A stretch of 64,000 nt of DNA from an uncultured Dehalococcoidia bacterium. Lineage in GTDB: Bacteria; Chloroflexota; Dehalococcoidia; UBA6926. The position numbers were made by a program, and so were the translations under genes. A model generated the notes under the pieces. It was not told where the DNA came from, searched no databases, and saw nothing but the letters and a program-made list of their open reading frames with translations. The DNA lies in the NCBI GenBank assembly GCA_964653005.1, contig CAZZAN010000001.1, forward strand, positions 237,898 to 301,897, given 5' to 3'. Of the stretch, positions 48,706-57,983 are shown in pieces; position 1 is the stretch's first letter, and the number at the start of each line of letters is the position of its first letter.

Positions 48706-49488
48706 ATGGCCACTTTCGAGACGATAGCGCAGGGCATGATCCTTGTGCGCATTGGAACATCAAGGATCGCTCAAGCCGCACGACCCGGCCAATACGTTCA
48801 GCGACGAGGACACATCGCGCAGGGCATCGTGAGCGATGATCTGCGCGCTCAGACCTTGCCATTTGACCCGCAGCCCTACCCGATCCTCTCAGTCGACACA
48901 GACAGTGGGGAAATCACGGTCCTGGCAGTACCTGAAGACGGAGACGATTCCGCCATTACATCGACACCAACAGGTCTCGAATGGGCGGTGAGAGGGCCAT
49001 TGGGCAAGCCCGTAACAATCGATTCCGCCGCAAAGCATGTGGCGTTCATCGCTCAAGGGGACGGCATTGGCTCGCTCATCGCCGTGATGCGGGAAACTGC
49101 GGAACGCGGCGTCCGCGTCACGCTGATGGCAGGGGCAGGGAACGCCTGGCAGCTCTATCCGTCACACCTGTTGCCCGAGGGCGTGCGCGAGATGACCGCG
49201 ACGGACGACGGCTCGGCCGGCATTCGCGCCCCCGTCACTCATCTACTGCCGCAGGTTCAGGATGATGCGGATGTGCTGATCGCATCGGGCCCACCAAAGC
49301 TGTACGAGGACTTGGCGCGTATGCGTTCAGACGGCTTGCTGACGATTCCAACAACAGTTGTCATGCTGCCGCTGATGGAATGTCGCACCGGGGAGTGCGG
49401 GAGTTGCACCATCCAGACGACTGGCGGCCCACGGCTAGCCTGCATGGACGGACCTGCGTTTGATCTGGACGAGGTGGACTGGGGCTAG
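48706..49488 (+). CDS. Dihydroorotate dehydrogenase electron-transfer subunit (PyrK)-like protein
   Basis: 260 aa. C-terminal CRTGECGSC...C [2Fe-2S] motif. It sits immediately after carB in the pyr cluster. Confidence 0.6.
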   Translation: MATFETIAQGMILVRIGTSRIAQAARPGQYVQRRGHIAQGIVSDDLRAQTLPFDPQPYPILSVDTDSGEITVLAVPEDGDDSAITSTPTGLEWAVRGPLGKPVTIDSAAKHVAFIAQGDGIGSLIAVMRETAERGVRVTLMAGAGNAWQLYPSHLLPEGVREMTATDDGSAGIRAPVTHLLPQVQDDADVLIASGPPKLYEDLARMRSDGLLTIPTTVVMLPLMECRTGECGSCTIQTTGGPRLACMDGPAFDLDEVDWG

Positions 49489-49512
49489 TCCTATCAGTTC
49501 AGTCGCGGGACG

Positions 49513-50049
49513 CTAGGCGTGTCGCTGCCGGCGTACGAAGGTCACAAAGTCGAGATCGCCTGGCGATAGCGCAAGTTGTGTGAGCCGGACGGCAGCCTCC
49601 GCCCGGTATTGCGTGCCGTGATTGACCATATGGGTGATGACCTCACGCAGGGGCTGTTCAAACGGATTGCCCGCCAAATCCACATACGCGATTGGCGCGT
49701 TAAGGGTTTCGTCCGTCATTGCAATCGAGAGTTCCCGCAGACGGTCCTGTGCCGGCGCCCACACCTGTCTCAGACTGGAGTAGGTCGGAACGTCGTCTTC
49801 CGAAATCCTGCTCTCACGGAGATTCACCACCCATTCGGGCGGGGCATCTCCGATCCATCGTGAAACCCAGATGAGTTCACTGGTCAAGATGTGAACAAGC
49901 GTGGCGTGGAGGCTGCCAAAGCTGAGGCCTTCAACCGCGGTCAGGTAATCCGCTTCTGATACCTGCTGTGCGCCGTCAAGAATGACCCCATTTGCCCAGC
50001 GGTTGTATTCAAGAAGAAGCCGAAAGTGGTCTATGTTAGCAGCTGACAT
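49513..50049 (-). CDS. DinB/YfiT-like family protein
   Basis: 178 aa. DinB_2 pattern (HATLVHILTSE...HMVNHGTQYR). Confidence 0.65.
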   Translation of the reverse strand: MSAANIDHFRLLLEYNRWANGVILDGAQQVSEADYLTAVEGLSFGSLHATLVHILTSELIWVSRWIGDAPPEWVVNLRESRISEDDVPTYSSLRQVWAPAQDRLRELSIAMTDETLNAPIAYVDLAGNPFEQPLREVITHMVNHGTQYRAEAAVRLTQLALSPGDLDFVTFVRRQRHA

Positions 50050-50081
50050 GACAAGGGAATAAACGTGTGCGGGTGGAAGAG

Positions 50082-50282
50082 TCAGACGGTCTTTAGCTGG
50101 AGGTTCTCGAGGTCGACCTGCCGAGAATCTTTGGACAGGTACAGCACCTCAATGCCAACAACCTGCTTCTGCTCGTTGTAGTCCAGGATAACGCCGGGGG
50201 CGACTTCTTCTGAGCCGATAATCTCTGATTCACATAGACCCAGGTAGAGGGCGTCGGCTTCCTTATCAATACGCAGTTTCAT
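50082..50282 (-). CDS. DUF2283 domain protein
   Basis: About 66 aa from MKLRIDKEADALYLGL... The start overlaps the stop of the upstream DUF4258 gene. Confidence 0.6.
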   Translation of the reverse strand: MKLRIDKEADALYLGLCESEIIGSEEVAPGVILDYNEQKQVVGIEVLYLSKDSRQVDLENLQLKTV

Positions 50283-50536
50283 CTGTAACCCCTCATCCTC
50301 CAATCGAAGTGCACTGTCACAACCCGCCAAGGATCGACACTCGTGTTGACGACTACACGAAAGTATGTGTCGCTATCCGGCACTTGGCCATAGAATCGCT
50401 CAAGCTCCGGGTCTATAAGGTCCGGCAAACGTTGAACTGGATCCGCTACAGCCCTTTGAACCCATTCTATGCGTATGCCCTGTTCTGTCATCCTTTCCCG
50501 TGCGTGGACTGTGTACACAAGCTCCGGCAGATCCAT
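50279..50536 (-). CDS. DUF4258 domain protein
   Basis: About 85 aa from MDLPELVYTVHARERMTEQGI... Confidence 0.6.
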   Translation of the reverse strand: MDLPELVYTVHARERMTEQGIRIEWVQRAVADPVQRLPDLIDPELERFYGQVPDSDTYFRVVVNTSVDPWRVVTVHFDWRMRGYR

Positions 50537-50562
50537 AGGACAAGTATCCCACGCGGAATGGG

Positions 50563-51582
50563 CTAGCGCACCGGCAGTTGAACGATCGCGCTGCCGCGCA
50601 CGCACGGCCTGCCGCCGCTCCCCTCACTCCACAACTCAAGCTCGACGAGCGCCGCGCCGTCATCGTCGCGCCATGTCCGTGAGACGCGGCCATAGTGCAT
50701 GATCGTCTCACCGATGAACGCCGGGGAGCGAACCTCGCCTCGAAAGTGCCGCAAAATGCCGCGCCGCCCCATCCACCGCGTCGCGGTCTGGCACAGCATG
50801 TCCCCCGAAAGATCACCCTGCGCAATCCGCTCCGGCAGTCCCTCCACTTGCGCATAGGCACGGTCGTAGTGGATCAGGTGGCTGTTGGTCTTCACGAGGC
50901 CGTAGAAGAAGACCTGCACGGTTGAGATGAAGCGTGGCAGCGGTGTCAGTTCATCGCCCTCGCTTACGTCATCCCATACCGGCTCGTCCGTCCACTGCGG
51001 CGGTTCGGCGGGCCGAGCCCGAGAGCCGTTTTCAAGCTGCAACTCGCCCCACGCCCGCCCCGCGCCATCCGGTGACGACGGCTGCGGCACAGTGGCCGTC
51101 GTGGTGCGGTCAATCATCACCGTGTGGCCATGCTGATTCGTGATAGTCATTTCCTTGGTGGTGAAGATCATTGCGCCGGAGCGTCCCTGCTTCTCCTCAA
51201 CGTCCGTGACCGTTGATTGGCGTGTCAGAACATCGCCCGGCCTGATGGGCTCAACGAACGTCACCTCCGTGCCCGTGTAACGCGACTGCGCGCCGGGGAT
51301 GCGAAGTTGGAGAGGATCATCGCGCGTGTCCGGCAGGCCGTCAGGGCGCAGGTCGGCAATGGCCGTCGGCGGGAAGCTGGTGAAGCCGGTGAACAGCGGC
51401 GGCGCGACGATGCCGCCATACGGGCCATCCTTGGCGCGCTCTTCGTCCACATATGAAGGCCGCGCGTCATCGACGGCATAGGCGTAGCGAGCAATCTCAT
51501 CAAAGGTGATGGGCGGCCGCGTCTCCTGCTCGGAAACCCGTCCGAGCAGTTCCCGCGCCGCTTGCAGCGCCTCGCTTGTCAT
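50563..51582 (-). CDS. Double-hotdog MaoC-type enoyl-CoA hydratase (mesaconyl-CoA hydratase Mch/Meh-like)
   Basis: 339 aa. N-terminal MaoC_dehydrat_N-like half, then C-terminal MaoC dehydratase half (...IHYDRAYA...). Confidence 0.7.
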   Translation of the reverse strand: MTSEALQAARELLGRVSEQETRPPITFDEIARYAYAVDDARPSYVDEERAKDGPYGGIVAPPLFTGFTSFPPTAIADLRPDGLPDTRDDPLQLRIPGAQSRYTGTEVTFVEPIRPGDVLTRQSTVTDVEEKQGRSGAMIFTTKEMTITNQHGHTVMIDRTTTATVPQPSSPDGAGRAWGELQLENGSRARPAEPPQWTDEPVWDDVSEGDELTPLPRFISTVQVFFYGLVKTNSHLIHYDRAYAQVEGLPERIAQGDLSGDMLCQTATRWMGRRGILRHFRGEVRSPAFIGETIMHYGRVSRTWRDDDGAALVELELWSEGSGGRPCVRGSAIVQLPVR

Positions 51583-51683
51583 ACTTGCCCGCCTCGATGA
51601 CTTCTGTGAGTACCAAGCAAGGATACGCCACCTTCGCGTCCATGCTGCCAGAGCGTTGCGTGAACTGAGTCAAAGATGGCACA

Positions 51684-54101
51684 GTGAGCGCCATGACAAA
51701 CACGACTACTGAACAAACGGCGCTTGGGCACCTGAAGGTTGTTGAGCTTGGCGGTGGCACCGGCGCATCTGCCATGGCGGGGCGGCTGCTTGGCGATATG
51801 GGCGCGGATGTCGTGCTCGTTGAGCCGCCCGGAGGGGTTGGCGCGCGCCATATAGGCCCATTCGCCAACGATGTTAACGACCCCGACCGCAGCCTGACCT
51901 TCCTCGACCACAACATCAACAAGCGCTCTGTGGTGTTGGATATTGATTCACAAGAAGGTCAAGAATCCGTGCGCCGCCTCGCGTCGTGGGCAGACGTGCT
52001 GATTGAGTCGTATCAACCTGGCTATCTGCGCGAGCGCGGCCTCGGCTACGAGGACCTTGCGGAAATCAACCCCGAACTCGTCTATGGCTCGCTGACGCCG
52101 TTCGGCCAGACGGGACCGTACGCGAACTACGCCTCCACGGAGCTGATCATCCAGTCGCTGGCGGGTGACCCGTGGGTATACGGCGACGATGAGCGCGCGC
52201 CCGCGATGGTGCCCGGCGATGCGACCGCCCGCATCGGCTCCATGCACCTTGTCTACGGCATCCTGCTTGCGCTGCGTGAGCGGCGGTGGTCCACGCGCGG
52301 CCAACATGTGGACGTGTCGCGGCAGGACATCGGCATATGGCAGCTGGTGAGCGGCAGCATCTCCCGCGTCGGACTGCGGAATGAGGTCTTCCGCCGCCCC
52401 GGCAAGGCGTCCACCGGCATCGGCAGCATCTATCACTGCGCGGATGGCGTGATCCAGTTCTTCCCGTCCACCAATGCGCAGTTCCGCGGCCTGGTCACGG
52501 GCTGGATGCAGGACTCCACGTTCGACGACGAGGCATGGGACGACACCAATTTCCGCCGCGACAACTACGACATTATCGATGTGGCCATGAGAGAGTTCAT
52601 GGGCAAGCTGACCGCCGCGGAGATCGAGGAGCAGGCGGCCATCCATGACGTCCCAATGGCGCGGCTGTCCACCATGGCGGAGTTCGTTGAGCATCCCCAC
52701 ACCGTGGCGCGCCAGTTCGTAGTCGATGCCACACATCCCGTCGTTGGCGACTACCGCGCTCCCGGCCCACCGTACAGGTTCAAAGGCACGCCGTGGGCGA
52801 TTACCCGCCATGCGCCGCGCGTGGATGAGCACGGCGCGGAACTTCGCACAATGATTGCGGGGCTATCATCCACCCCGGCTGACCTGTCGAAATATGTTGC
52901 GCGGCGGCACGACCGCCGCAAGCAGCCGCTTGAAGGTGTGCGCATCGCCGACCTGAGCCGCGTCTTTGCCGGGCCGTTCGGCACGATGCTGCTGGGATTC
53001 CACGGCGCGGAGGTCATTCGCATCGAGTCGGAGGATCTGCCCGCGTTCCGTATGCCGATGCAGCCGAACTACCCGGAACTGAACCGCAACAAGCAGTGCG
53101 TCACCATCGATATGCGGTCAAAGAAGGGGCAGGAGCTCATCAAGCAGATCGTCGCGCAGTCGGATGTGGTGATTGAGAATTTCCGCCCCACCGTCATGGA
53201 ACGCATGGGGCTTTCCTACGATGAGCTGCGCAAGGTGCGACCGAATGTGATTATGGCATCTATGTCCGGGTACGGTATGGACGGCCCGATGCGTGACCGC
53301 CCTGCTTTTGGGCAGTTGCTGATGGCGTTCGGGGGCTTGTCCTACATGTGGGGGCATCCGGAGAGCGACATCGATACGCGCCCCAAGAATGCGTATTCCG
53401 ACTTCACGCTCGGCGCGCAGGCGGCCATGGCCGTGATGATGGCGCTGGAGCACCGCGATCAGACCGGCGAGGGCCAACACATCGAGAGTTCCCACGTCGA
53501 GGGACTGGCCGCGCTGCTTGGGCCGGAGATGCTGAGCTACCTCATCAATGGGGTGAGCCCGCAGCCGCGCGGCAACGCCAGCGATTTCAACGCGCCGCAC
53601 GGCGTCTACCCCTGCCAGGGCTTTGATGCGTGGGTGTCAATCGCTGTCGAGAACGATGAGCAGTGGAACAAGCTGGTTGCCGTGATGGACGAGCCGACGT
53701 GGGCGAGTGACGGAAAGTTTGCTACACAGGAGAACCGTCTTGCCAATCGCCTTGAGCTCGATGAGCGACTGAGCGAGTGGACATCGACACGATGGGCGGG
53801 GCAGATCCAGGTTGCGCTGCAGGCCGTCGGCGTGCCATGCGGCGCGGTGCAGAATCCACTTGATCTCCTCAAGGACCCTCAGCTTGAGCATCGCGGCACC
53901 ATCGTGACGGCGCACCACGACCCGGACTGGTGGGGCACGATGCAGCACCCCGGCGTCTCCCTGCACCTGAGCGCCACGCCCGGCTGGGCAACGGACTCAA
54001 CCCCCGGCCTCGGCCAGGACAACGACCGCGTCTTTAAACAGCTGCTCGGCCTAACCTCCGCAGAGATAGAAGCCCTCACCGCAGAGGGAGTGCTGAGGTA
54101 G
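51684..54101 (+). CDS. Fused tandem class-III (CaiB/BaiF family) CoA transferase
   Basis: 805 aa. Two complete family-III halves each begin with the characteristic motif: LGHLKVVELGGGTGASAMAGRLLGDMGADVVLVEPP and LEGVRIADLSRVFAGPFGTMLLGFHGAEVIRIES. Confidence 0.8.
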   Translation: MSAMTNTTTEQTALGHLKVVELGGGTGASAMAGRLLGDMGADVVLVEPPGGVGARHIGPFANDVNDPDRSLTFLDHNINKRSVVLDIDSQEGQESVRRLASWADVLIESYQPGYLRERGLGYEDLAEINPELVYGSLTPFGQTGPYANYASTELIIQSLAGDPWVYGDDERAPAMVPGDATARIGSMHLVYGILLALRERRWSTRGQHVDVSRQDIGIWQLVSGSISRVGLRNEVFRRPGKASTGIGSIYHCADGVIQFFPSTNAQFRGLVTGWMQDSTFDDEAWDDTNFRRDNYDIIDVAMREFMGKLTAAEIEEQAAIHDVPMARLSTMAEFVEHPHTVARQFVVDATHPVVGDYRAPGPPYRFKGTPWAITRHAPRVDEHGAELRTMIAGLSSTPADLSKYVARRHDRRKQPLEGVRIADLSRVFAGPFGTMLLGFHGAEVIRIESEDLPAFRMPMQPNYPELNRNKQCVTIDMRSKKGQELIKQIVAQSDVVIENFRPTVMERMGLSYDELRKVRPNVIMASMSGYGMDGPMRDRPAFGQLLMAFGGLSYMWGHPESDIDTRPKNAYSDFTLGAQAAMAVMMALEHRDQTGEGQHIESSHVEGLAALLGPEMLSYLINGVSPQPRGNASDFNAPHGVYPCQGFDAWVSIAVENDEQWNKLVAVMDEPTWASDGKFATQENRLANRLELDERLSEWTSTRWAGQIQVALQAVGVPCGAVQNPLDLLKDPQLEHRGTIVTAHHDPDWWGTMQHPGVSLHLSATPGWATDSTPGLGQDNDRVFKQLLGLTSAEIEALTAEGVLR

Positions 54102-54188
54102 GGAGCGATCTATAATAACCAATGCTTGGCGCCATTGCGGTCGAAGCGCAGGCCAAGACCAACGCACACTACCATCTAGGAGGGCCGA

Positions 54189-55960
54189 GTGCTTACCACG
54201 CAGATTCTTACCCCCAAGCAGTTATTCCAGAAAGACGTTCACTACACCATTCCGGACTTCCAACGGCCGTACGTATGGTCGCAGGAAGACCAGTGGGAGC
54301 CGTTGTGGAGCGACTTGCAGAATGTTGCGGAAGACTATCTTGAGCGCCGCGCAGAGACTGTAGACGCCGTAGAGGCTCAGGCCAAGGCGAGGGCACACTT
54401 TCTTGGTGCTATCGTCATGCAGCAGGTGCCAACACCCGCAAAGGACATCGAACGCAGAGAGGTGATCGACGGGCAGCAACGCGTCACTACGATTCAGTTG
54501 CTGCTGGATGCCACGCAAGAGGTCTTGGAAGAGCGTGGGCATCGCTTGCAGCTAGACGGCTAGCAAAGTATGTGCTGAACGACAAGGATCTTGTAGAGGA
54601 TGCCCCCGAACAGCATTTTAAACTGTCGCCCACCCGAGGAGACCGGGAAGCGTTCAAGCACGCGATGGACAACGGACTCGCCGTAAGCGAGTTTGAGGAT
54701 TCGTTGCTTGTTCAAGCCCACGAGTTCTTTAAGGATCAGGTTAACCAGTGGCTTGAGAGTGGACTGTCGTCAGAGGAATCGATGACTGAGGCTCTTGAAA
54801 CAGCAGTCACTTCCATGTTTGAGATGGTGGTTATCGATCTCGGACTCGAAGACGATGCCAATATCATTTTCGAGACACTGAATGCTCGAGGAACGCCCCT
54901 TGAACAGTCAGACCTCATCAAGAATTACGTTCTATCTCAGTTGCCCCAAGACGCTCCGGGTCGCGAGAATATCTGGGAAGGTCTGGACAATCCGTGGTGG
55001 AGGGAGACTGTCAGGCAGGGGCGTTTGCTCAGACCTCGGCTCGATATGCTATTCAACTATTGGCTCGCCATGCGTACAGGCAGTGAGGTTCGACCACCTG
55101 ATGTCTTTCGTGAGTTCAGAAAACATGCGGAGGATAGCAACATCGCCACAATAATGCCGGATGTCCAGAGGGACCTCCAAAACTACAGGAGATATGACCA
55201 AGGGCCCCGCCCGGAGGAAATCGAATCTTTCTATTACCGGATGGACGTGATGCAGGTTGGGGTGTTCACGCCTGCACTCCTGTTGCTTCTTTCCGCTGAT
55301 AATGACTCGCAAGTGCGTGCCTTCAACGCCCTCGAGAGTTTTCTGGTGCGTCGAATGGTCTCCAGGCGAACAACCAAAGACTACAACGGCTTGGCCTTGC
55401 AACTCGCAAACAGACTTCGCAATGGCGGACTAGCGGATCCGGCAAGGACAGTTATTGACTACTTTAGGGAACAAACAGCGGATTCTCGAGAGTGGCCGGA
55501 GGATGATAGCCTGCAAACCGCCATGGTTTCTTTGCCAATCTACCGTCTATTGACAAGAGGAAGGCTGCGGCTAGTACTGGAGGGGATAGAGACATCTCTT
55601 CGATCCAATAAGGCTGAGCAGCCTGACGTGCCGCGAAATCTCACGATTGAACACCTCATGCCACTTGGATGGGAGGAGAACTGGCCTCTGTACGAACCGT
55701 ATGATCGTGAACGGCGCAACAGTCTTGTGCATACAATCGGCAACCTGACTCTGGTCAATCGGAGGCTCAACTCATCCATGTCCAACGGCCCTTGGGAGGA
55801 CAAGCGAAAGGAATTACAGGAGCATAGTGTTATGACGCTGAATGCGGAATTGAGCCACCAGGATTCTTGGAACGAAGAGGAAATCATCGCGCGCAGTCGG
55901 CGCATGGCTAATCTGATAGCCAAGTGTTGGCCCGGCCCCGATTCCTCCCGGTGGGATTAG
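54189..55960 (+). pseudogene. GmrSD-like type IV restriction endonuclease (DUF262-DUF1524) disrupted by a frameshift
   Basis: Frame A (54189-54563) carries the DUF262 motifs IPDFQRPYVW and VIDGQQRVTT, then TAG. Frame B is open from before 54545 through 55960 and carries the DUF1524 HNH-like TIEHLMPLGW...NSLVHTIGNLTLVNRRLNSSMSN. The two frames overlap, consistent with a single-nt indel near 54558. Confidence 0.65.
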
Positions 55961-56009
55961 CATTGCCTAGCCCGGTACCATGCAAAGCGGCTAAAGGGAG
56001 ACCCCCACC

Positions 56010-56360
56010 ATGCCCAACATCACCTTCTATCACTGGACAACTTGAGGGACATGCAAAACAGCGAAGGCGGCGCTTTCGCAGGCGGGGCACGAGTTTGCCG
56101 AGCGTGACTTCTTCAAGGATCGATTCACCAAAGATGAGATTGTCGAGCTTCTGAACGGGGAGCCGCCCAGCGCGTTGTTCAATCCCAGGTCGCAGGCTCT
56201 CAAGAAGGCGGGGATTGACCCGGCCTCCCTGAACGAGGAGCAGATGCTTGATCTGCTTGTCGAGGAACCGCGCTATTGGCGGCGTCCGGTGGCGGTGATC
56301 GACGGCAAGCTCATCGCGGGCGCGAACGCCAAAACCCTGGCGGCGGAACTAGGTTTCTAG
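56010..56360 (+). CDS. ArsC/Spx (YffB-like) thioredoxin-fold protein with an in-frame TGA at the first Cys of the CxxC motif: candidate selenoprotein, or a nonsense pseudogene
   Basis: ATG 56010 with an AAGGGAG RBS, reading MPNITFYHWTT-[TGA 56043-45]-GTCKTAKAALSQAGHEF... and continuing in the same frame to 56360. It aligns with YffB xIxxYGIKNCDTCKKA, placing the TGA at the first Cys. An 8-bp hairpin (GCGAAGGC-GGC-GCUUUCGC) lies at 56061-56079. Confidence 0.5.
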
Positions 56361-56365
56361 GCGCC

Positions 56366-56809
56366 TCAGCCCCTGGCGGGCAACTCCACTGTTGCCGTGC
56401 CCGGGGTGACCTTTTCGCCCTTCTGGTTCGTGATTAGCATCTCAAGATCAACGACGTGGCGGCCTTCATCATCGACGCGCTTGTCCGTGACTTGCCCTGT
56501 GCAGGTGAGCACATCGTTCTTGAAGTTGATGCCGCGCAGTTGGGCGCTCAGCGTCAGGATTGCGCCCTCGTCGCCGATCCACTTCCGAACGAGCGTGTGT
56601 AGATAGGAAACACGGATGCGGCCCTGCCCGATGACTGCGGGTTGACCGTTCTCCTTCGCGCCCTCGTCGTCCATGTGATAGCCCACAAATTCGTCATATG
56701 TGGCCGCCCACCGATTCCAGTTCATCAGGTCCGTCATCCGCTCGAACGGAGGCAGCTCCTGGCCGACCTCGACATCGTCCCAATAGAGAATCTCAGTTTG
56801 CGTCGTCAT
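56366..56809 (-). CDS. MaoC-like dehydratase, C-terminal hotdog half of a split hydratase
   Basis: 147 aa hotdog fold. Confidence 0.7.
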   Translation of the reverse strand: MTTQTEILYWDDVEVGQELPPFERMTDLMNWNRWAATYDEFVGYHMDDEGAKENGQPAVIGQGRIRVSYLHTLVRKWIGDEGAILTLSAQLRGINFKNDVLTCTGQVTDKRVDDEGRHVVDLEMLITNQKGEKVTPGTATVELPARG

Positions 56810-56828
56810 ATCATCGTCCCCGTTGCCG

Positions 56829-57368
56829 TCACCACGAGATATTCGTGGTACGGGTTGTCTTGACCACCACCCCGGTCTGCTTTGTCCAGGTTTCCTCCGT
56901 GATGTAGAAGATCATGGCGCCGAGACGGCCGCTGCGTTCATAGAGATCCGTCACCGTGATGACGCTGGTAATCTCATCGCCCGGCCGCATCCGCTCGAGG
57001 TAGACGGTGTCGACACCTCCAAACAGGTAATTCGGAGGCGCGCCGGGCGGCCGCAGGGTGCGGGCCTTCTCAAGAGCCTCCTGGGCATCGTCGAGATGGT
57101 CCGGATGCGGGCCGACGTGCGCGCGTCCGATCATCCACGCGAAGGGGTTGAACTCCTCCGGCGCGATGATGCCGCCCCAGCGGGTCTGCGCGGCATGTTC
57201 CGCGTCCCAATAGATGCGCGGCGGAACCTCCGGCCAATAGATCGAGATGGCGGCGCGGCGGATATCGCTCTCGGAGATGGGCGGCGATGTTAGCGGCGGC
57301 GCTTTCGCTCCCACCCACTCGCGCATCGCATCGGTAATCAGGGACTGTCCATCGCTGCTTGTCGTCAT
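56829..57368 (-). CDS. MaoC_dehydrat_N / FAS1-like dehydratase, N-terminal hotdog half
   Basis: 179 aa. GGIIAPEEFNPF and YLFGGVDTVYLERMRPGDEIT resemble the N-half of the fused hydratase at 50563-51582. Confidence 0.65.
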   Translation of the reverse strand: MTTSSDGQSLITDAMREWVGAKAPPLTSPPISESDIRRAAISIYWPEVPPRIYWDAEHAAQTRWGGIIAPEEFNPFAWMIGRAHVGPHPDHLDDAQEALEKARTLRPPGAPPNYLFGGVDTVYLERMRPGDEITSVITVTDLYERSGRLGAMIFYITEETWTKQTGVVVKTTRTTNISW

Positions 57369-57425
57369 GGCCGCCTCCGGCTATAGCTTACACGAGGCAC
57401 AAGAGTGTCCTGATTAGGAGAATTC

Positions 57426-57650
57426 TTAGAGGTCCATGAATTCTTGTGGGGTTAAGCCTGCCTGCTTGATAATGTCTCGCAGAGTTCCGGTCGAGATTTC
57501 GCGATGGCGCGGCACGATGGTTGTCGTTGCGCCTCCTCCGTTCAGCTTTCTAAATTTGACGTGGCTTCCCCGTTGACTCGATTGAGAGAATCCTGCTGCG
57601 CGCAGTTTACGGACCACCTCACGAAAGGGAAGCGGCCGAATCGGCGGCAA
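57426..57650 (-). CDS. HicA-family toxin
   Basis: 74 aa. ...VRKLRAAGF...RGSHVKF... pattern. Confidence 0.6.
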   Translation of the reverse strand: MPPIRPLPFREVVRKLRAAGFSQSSQRGSHVKFRKLNGGGATTTIVPRHREISTGTLRDIIKQAGLTPQEFMDL

Positions 57651-57855
57651 TATCTACCTCGATGAGAACCTGCTTTGGGATTTTGGTAGGAACCGGGGGC
57701 TCAAAGTACAACTCCAGGGCCTCTTTCAGGTTAGCGAGAGCCTCCTCTTCGGTCTTCCCCTGGCTTGCGACCGCCACTTCGTGGGCCTCGGCGGTGAACC
57801 AGTCGCCGTCGGGATAAACACTCGCCAGGAATTGACGCTTCATTTCGACCTCCAT
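57619..57855 (-). CDS. HicB-family (UPF0150) antitoxin, short form
   Basis: 78 aa. ...FTAEAHEVAVASQGKTEEEALANLKEALELYFE. It overlaps the hicA-like start. Confidence 0.5.
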   Translation of the reverse strand: MEVEMKRQFLASVYPDGDWFTAEAHEVAVASQGKTEEEALANLKEALELYFEPPVPTKIPKQVLIEVDIAADSAASLS

Positions 57856-57983
57856 TGCGAGGCAGCCCTCACCACATCGTCAGCACCAAGTATGCCAGAT
57901 TGACGGCAGCGCTCCCGCCACTCCGCCATTCCGAGCGCAACGAGAAATCACTGGGCTCGCATCAAAGAGTAAGTGATAAGCCC

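Noticed and set aside
56046-56079. Calling the post-TGA hairpin a definite SECIS
   Set aside because: The stem is clear, but the apical loop (GGC) does not obviously match the bacterial SECIS GU-loop consensus. It is reported only as supporting context.
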